Assembly (NCBI GenBank): GCA_016932475.1
Contig: JAFGCU010000121.1
Coordinates: 1,474 to 65,473, forward strand
Direction: 5' to 3'
DNA: 64,000 nucleotides
Source of the DNA: Anaerolineales bacterium
GTDB lineage: Bacteria; Chloroflexota; Anaerolineae; Anaerolineales; RBG-16-64-43
Position numbers and translations under genes: made by a program. Below, one piece after another: positions 60,856-64,000 of the stretch. The notes beneath the pieces were generated by a model. That model searched no databases. It was not told where the DNA came from and saw only the letters and a program-made list of their open reading frames with translations. Positions within the stretch are counted from its first letter, which is position 1; each line of letters begins with the position of its first letter.

Positions 60856-62310
60856 ATGACCGAACCGACGATTTACGAACTGTCTTCCCCGGGGCGCGCC
60901 GGGGTAAGCCTGCCCGCGCTCGACGTGGATCCCTCGACGTTTCCACCCGCGCTGATCCGGACCGAGCTGCCGCTTCCGCAGCTTGCGGAATCCGATGTCG
61001 TCCGCCACTTCCTGCGGCTTTCACAGTGGAACTATTCGGTGGACAAGGGCTTCTACCCGCTCGGCTCGTGCACGATGAAATACAACCCCAAGATCAACGA
61101 GGATACGGCGCGCCTGCCGGGATTCGCCTTCGTCCATCCGCTGCAGGATCCGGAGACGGCCCAGGGCTGCCTGGCGCTGATGTACCAGCTGCAAGGATGG
61201 CTGTGCGAGATCAGCGGGCTGGCGGCGGTTTCGCTCCAGCCGGCGGCGGGGGCGCACGGGGAACTGACCGGCGTGCTGATGATCCGCGCCTATCACCATG
61301 ACCGCGGCCAGGAAAACCGCCGGCGGATGCTCATCCCGAACTCCGCCCACGGGACCAACCCGGCGTCGGTCGCGATGGCCGGGATGGAGGCGGTCGAAGT
61401 GCCCGCCGACCCCGAGGGCAACATCGACCTCGCGGCACTGCGCACGCTGTGCGATGAAACCGTCGCCGGCCTGATGCTCACCAACCCGAACACCCTCGGC
61501 CTGTTCGAGGAAAACATCCTTGCGGTGGCCGAGGCCGTGCATGGGTGCGGCGGGCTGCTCTATGGCGACGGCGCCAACCTGAACGCGCTGCTGGGGATCG
61601 TCCGGCCCGGCGACCTTGGATTCGACGTGATGCATTTCAATCTCCACAAGACCTTCTCCACCCCGCACGGCGGCGGCGGACCGGGCTCCGGGCCGGTGGG
61701 CGCGGCCGCACAGCTCGCGGATTTCCTCCCGGCGCCCCTCGTTGCGATGATCGATCCGGGCAATGAAGCGGACCCTCCGCTGTATGGATACCGTAACCCG
61801 GGTAAATCCATCGGCCGCATGCGCGCCTTCAACGGCAATTTCGGGATTCTCGTCCGCGCCGCCACCTACATTCGGATGCTGGGCGCCGACGGGCTGCGCC
61901 AAGTGGCCGAGACCGCGGTCCTGAACGCCAATTACCTGCGCGCGCTCCTAAAAGACACCTATACGATTTCGCATGAGCGCACTTGTATGCATGAGTTTGT
62001 CGCCGAAGGCCGCTGGGCGGACGCGCCGGGAGTGGGCGCGGGCGATATCGCCAAGCGGCTGATCGATTACGGCGTGCACCCGCCGACGGTAAAATTCCCC
62101 CTTATCATCCCGGATGCGCTGATGATCGAACCGACCGAGACCGAGAGCAAGCAAACGCTCGACTCCTTTGCGGACACGATGAAGAAAATCGCCGAAGAAG
62201 CGCATACGCATCCCGAGCTCCTGCACGATGCCCCGCACAACACGCCCGTCGGGCGGCTGGATGAAGTCCGCGCCGCCAAACAGCCCATCCTGACGGGAAA
62301 GCTGACCTGA
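60856..62310 (+). CDS. gcvPB: Glycine dehydrogenase (decarboxylating) subunit 2
   Basis: GSCTMKYNPKINE, and the PLP-lysine region HFNLHKTFSTPHGGGGPG. Confidence 0.93.
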   Translation: MTEPTIYELSSPGRAGVSLPALDVDPSTFPPALIRTELPLPQLAESDVVRHFLRLSQWNYSVDKGFYPLGSCTMKYNPKINEDTARLPGFAFVHPLQDPETAQGCLALMYQLQGWLCEISGLAAVSLQPAAGAHGELTGVLMIRAYHHDRGQENRRRMLIPNSAHGTNPASVAMAGMEAVEVPADPEGNIDLAALRTLCDETVAGLMLTNPNTLGLFEENILAVAEAVHGCGGLLYGDGANLNALLGIVRPGDLGFDVMHFNLHKTFSTPHGGGGPGSGPVGAAAQLADFLPAPLVAMIDPGNEADPPLYGYRNPGKSIGRMRAFNGNFGILVRAATYIRMLGADGLRQVAETAVLNANYLRALLKDTYTISHERTCMHEFVAEGRWADAPGVGAGDIAKRLIDYGVHPPTVKFPLIIPDALMIEPTETESKQTLDSFADTMKKIAEEAHTHPELLHDAPHNTPVGRLDEVRAAKQPILTGKLT

Positions 62311-62678
62311 CCCCCTCTTCCTCCCCGATTTGCTTCAGAAAAGACAACTTTCACAAAAAAAAACGAAGCAAATGGAGGAGGATATGGGAGGGAGACCTCC
62401 GGCCGCGCCGCACCCCCATATGCTGCCGGGTAACCTTCACAGCTATCCGCGCCTGCTCGGGGCCGCCGGGGAAAGGCAAAGATCGGATTCATAAACAACC
62501 TATTTAAAAAAGCGCAGATCCAACCCAAATCCCTACTGCCTTTCAACCGAAAATTGTGAAAAAAGTAACTATTTTCTATCGGCTGCATCTAATACAATAA
62601 ACTGATCAATTACAGCGCTCCATCAGCCAAAATCCGGGGTATATTCCAGTAATAAGGGTTTCATCCAAGGAGGATTAC

Positions 62679-63446
62679 ATGAAGGACACGCTTCGGCAAG
62701 TTCTCGTGGTACTGGCCTTGATCGCCACCTTGATCGTGAACGCCCTGGCCAATTCCCTGCCCCTGGGCGGCGTGACGACAGGACAAGTGTCGGACCAGTT
62801 CCAGGTGTATTTTGTGCCGGCCGGGTACGTCTTTTCGATTTGGGGCCTGATCTACCTCGGGCTGATTGTTTATGCCGTGTTTCAGGCGCTGCCCTCCCAG
62901 CGGGAAAATCCCCGCCTGCGGAAGATCGGCTATCCGTTCATACTCGGTTCTCTGGCCAACATCGCATGGTTGTTCATGTGGCATTACCAGCAGTTCCCGC
63001 TGACCATGGTCTTCATGCTCATCTTGCTGGCAACATTGATCGTCGCATACCTGGGCTTGGGAACCGGCAAGACCCGGGTCTCCAAAGCCGAGATGTGGGC
63101 GGTGCGCGCGCCCTTCAGCGTCTACCTGGGCTGGATCACGGTCGCCACAATCGCCAATGTGACCGATCTCCTCTATTACTGGAAGTGGGACGGGTTCGGG
63201 ATCGACGGTCAAACCTGGTCCCTGATCCTGTTCGCCGCGGTGCTGGTGATCGCCGGGCTGATGAGCCTCACCCGCCGGGATATCGCCTATAACCTGGTCA
63301 TCGTCTGGGCGCTGGTCGGGATCGCCGTGAAGCAGTCGGCGGTTCAGACGCTCGTGATCGGCGCGCTCCTGACGGCCGGGCTGGTGCTCGCCGTGCTGGT
63401 CTACAGCCTCGTCCGCAAACAACCGGTGCCCGCCGCGAAGCGCTGA
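62679..63446 (+). CDS. TspO/MBR-related tryptophan-rich membrane protein (long form)
   Basis: 255 aa. NALANSLPLGGVTTGQVSDQFQVYFVPAGYVFSIWGLIYL and the Trp-rich helices are typical of the family. AAGGAGG SD is present. Confidence 0.7.
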   Translation: MKDTLRQVLVVLALIATLIVNALANSLPLGGVTTGQVSDQFQVYFVPAGYVFSIWGLIYLGLIVYAVFQALPSQRENPRLRKIGYPFILGSLANIAWLFMWHYQQFPLTMVFMLILLATLIVAYLGLGTGKTRVSKAEMWAVRAPFSVYLGWITVATIANVTDLLYYWKWDGFGIDGQTWSLILFAAVLVIAGLMSLTRRDIAYNLVIVWALVGIAVKQSAVQTLVIGALLTAGLVLAVLVYSLVRKQPVPAAKR

Positions 63447-63828
63447 CCCAACTTCGCCGGTCCACACCAATTAAATTACCACCGCCAAAGGCGATGGCCC
63501 CGTCTACAATCACGACGGGGCATGCTTTAGAACGTCGCACCTGGAAGGTGCACTCCTACCGGTTTTTTTATCGTTGCCGGGCAGCCTTCCCCGTTCCCCT
63601 CCCCCCGAGATCGCCCCCCCCATCCCTTCGGGATGGGGGGATTAGAACAATCCTCTGAAACGGAGGAACCGTGGGGGGAAAGGTAGTCGGGCTGTGATGC
63701 GGTATTTTCCCCGTATCCTTTGGGAACACATCAGCCCGATTGTCACATGATTATTCAGCCTAAAAAAATTTTTACTTCACCGGTAGAACCTTTTCATTCT
63801 ACTCACTGCCATAGGCAGTGGTTTTGAA

Positions 63829-63868
63829 ACCAAATAAAAAATGGCTCCTTCGAAATCGAAGGAGCCAT
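63829..63868 (-). terminator. Rho-independent terminator of the right-edge gene
   Basis: Perfect 12-bp stem ATGGCTCCTTCG / CGAAGGAGCCAT with a 4-nt loop. It is followed on the minus strand by TTTTTTATTT and starts 17 nt after the stop codon. Confidence 0.8.
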
Positions 63869-63885
63869 TTGCGTCGGCTGGAAAA

Positions 63886-64000
63886 TTACTTGCTCAGATA
63901 ATCCTGGAGCTGGGCTTTCCCGATCCGGAAGCCTTTGCCGACTTTCTTGGCTTTCAGTTCGCCGCTGGTAATCAGCGCTTGCACATCCTCTTCGGTCGCT
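63886..64000 (-). CDS. Partial CDS (C-terminus only): excisionase-family/MerR-type helix-turn-helix protein
   Basis: My own translation of the minus strand gives ...ATEEDVQALITSGELKAKKVGKGFRIGKAQLQDYLSK*. The pattern sGeL.a.KvGk..RI....L..yL is typical of the HTH_17/excisionase DNA-binding domain. The gene continues beyond the window. Confidence 0.55.
   Translation of the reverse strand, partial: ATEEDVQALITSGELKAKKVGKGFRIGKAQLQDYLSK

Noticed and set aside
62311-62678. 368-bp gap after gcvPB with an imperfect hairpin (TGCTTC...GAAGCA arms around an A9 loop) and a 36-codon ORF preceded by GGAGGAGGA.
   Set aside because: The hairpin is short and mismatched. The SD-like run is only ~1-3 nt from the ATG, and the peptide (MGGRPPAAPHPHML...) looks like GC-rich noise. 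This is most likely just the terminator and promoter spacer for the TspO-like gene.

Overview
GC-rich bacterial chromosomal segment, densely coding on both strands with about 50 protein genes. I recognise no rRNA, tRNA, CRISPR array, transposase or integrase. All calls come from reading motifs in the supplied translations and the DNA; no database search was run.

Gene content:
- Housekeeping and metabolism: carB, an unusually long secA, prs, gcvH-gcvPA-gcvPB, meaB plus the B12-binding mutase subunit, a class I/II aminotransferase, a tryptophanase-family lyase, GH43, an S66 LD-carboxypeptidase and a LOG-family protein.
- Envelope and signalling genes are interspersed with these.
- The gene mix, Thr/Pro low-complexity coding and G-tract palindromes suggest a Chloroflexota/Anaerolineae-like genome. 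This is inference only.

Most notable observations:
1. A same-strand cluster (5514-15350) joins an orphan Tad-like pseudopilin/vWA triad to a two-component system and an FHA/PP2C module. One triad member carries a ~245-aa tail in which roughly every second residue is Thr.
2. A lower-GC TetR/CPBP-protease/MFS operon (46.0-49.2 kb) is bracketed by ~125-bp direct repeats that are the 3' end of the neighbouring beta-propeller gene. This looks like an integration or deletion scar.
3. Several families of nested G/C-tract palindromic intergenic elements, plus an array of GTGTCTT octamers.
4. A 1332-aa SecA with large insertions.

None of these is demonstrably a new system from sequence alone. The very long ORFs antisense to real genes are GC-driven artefacts.
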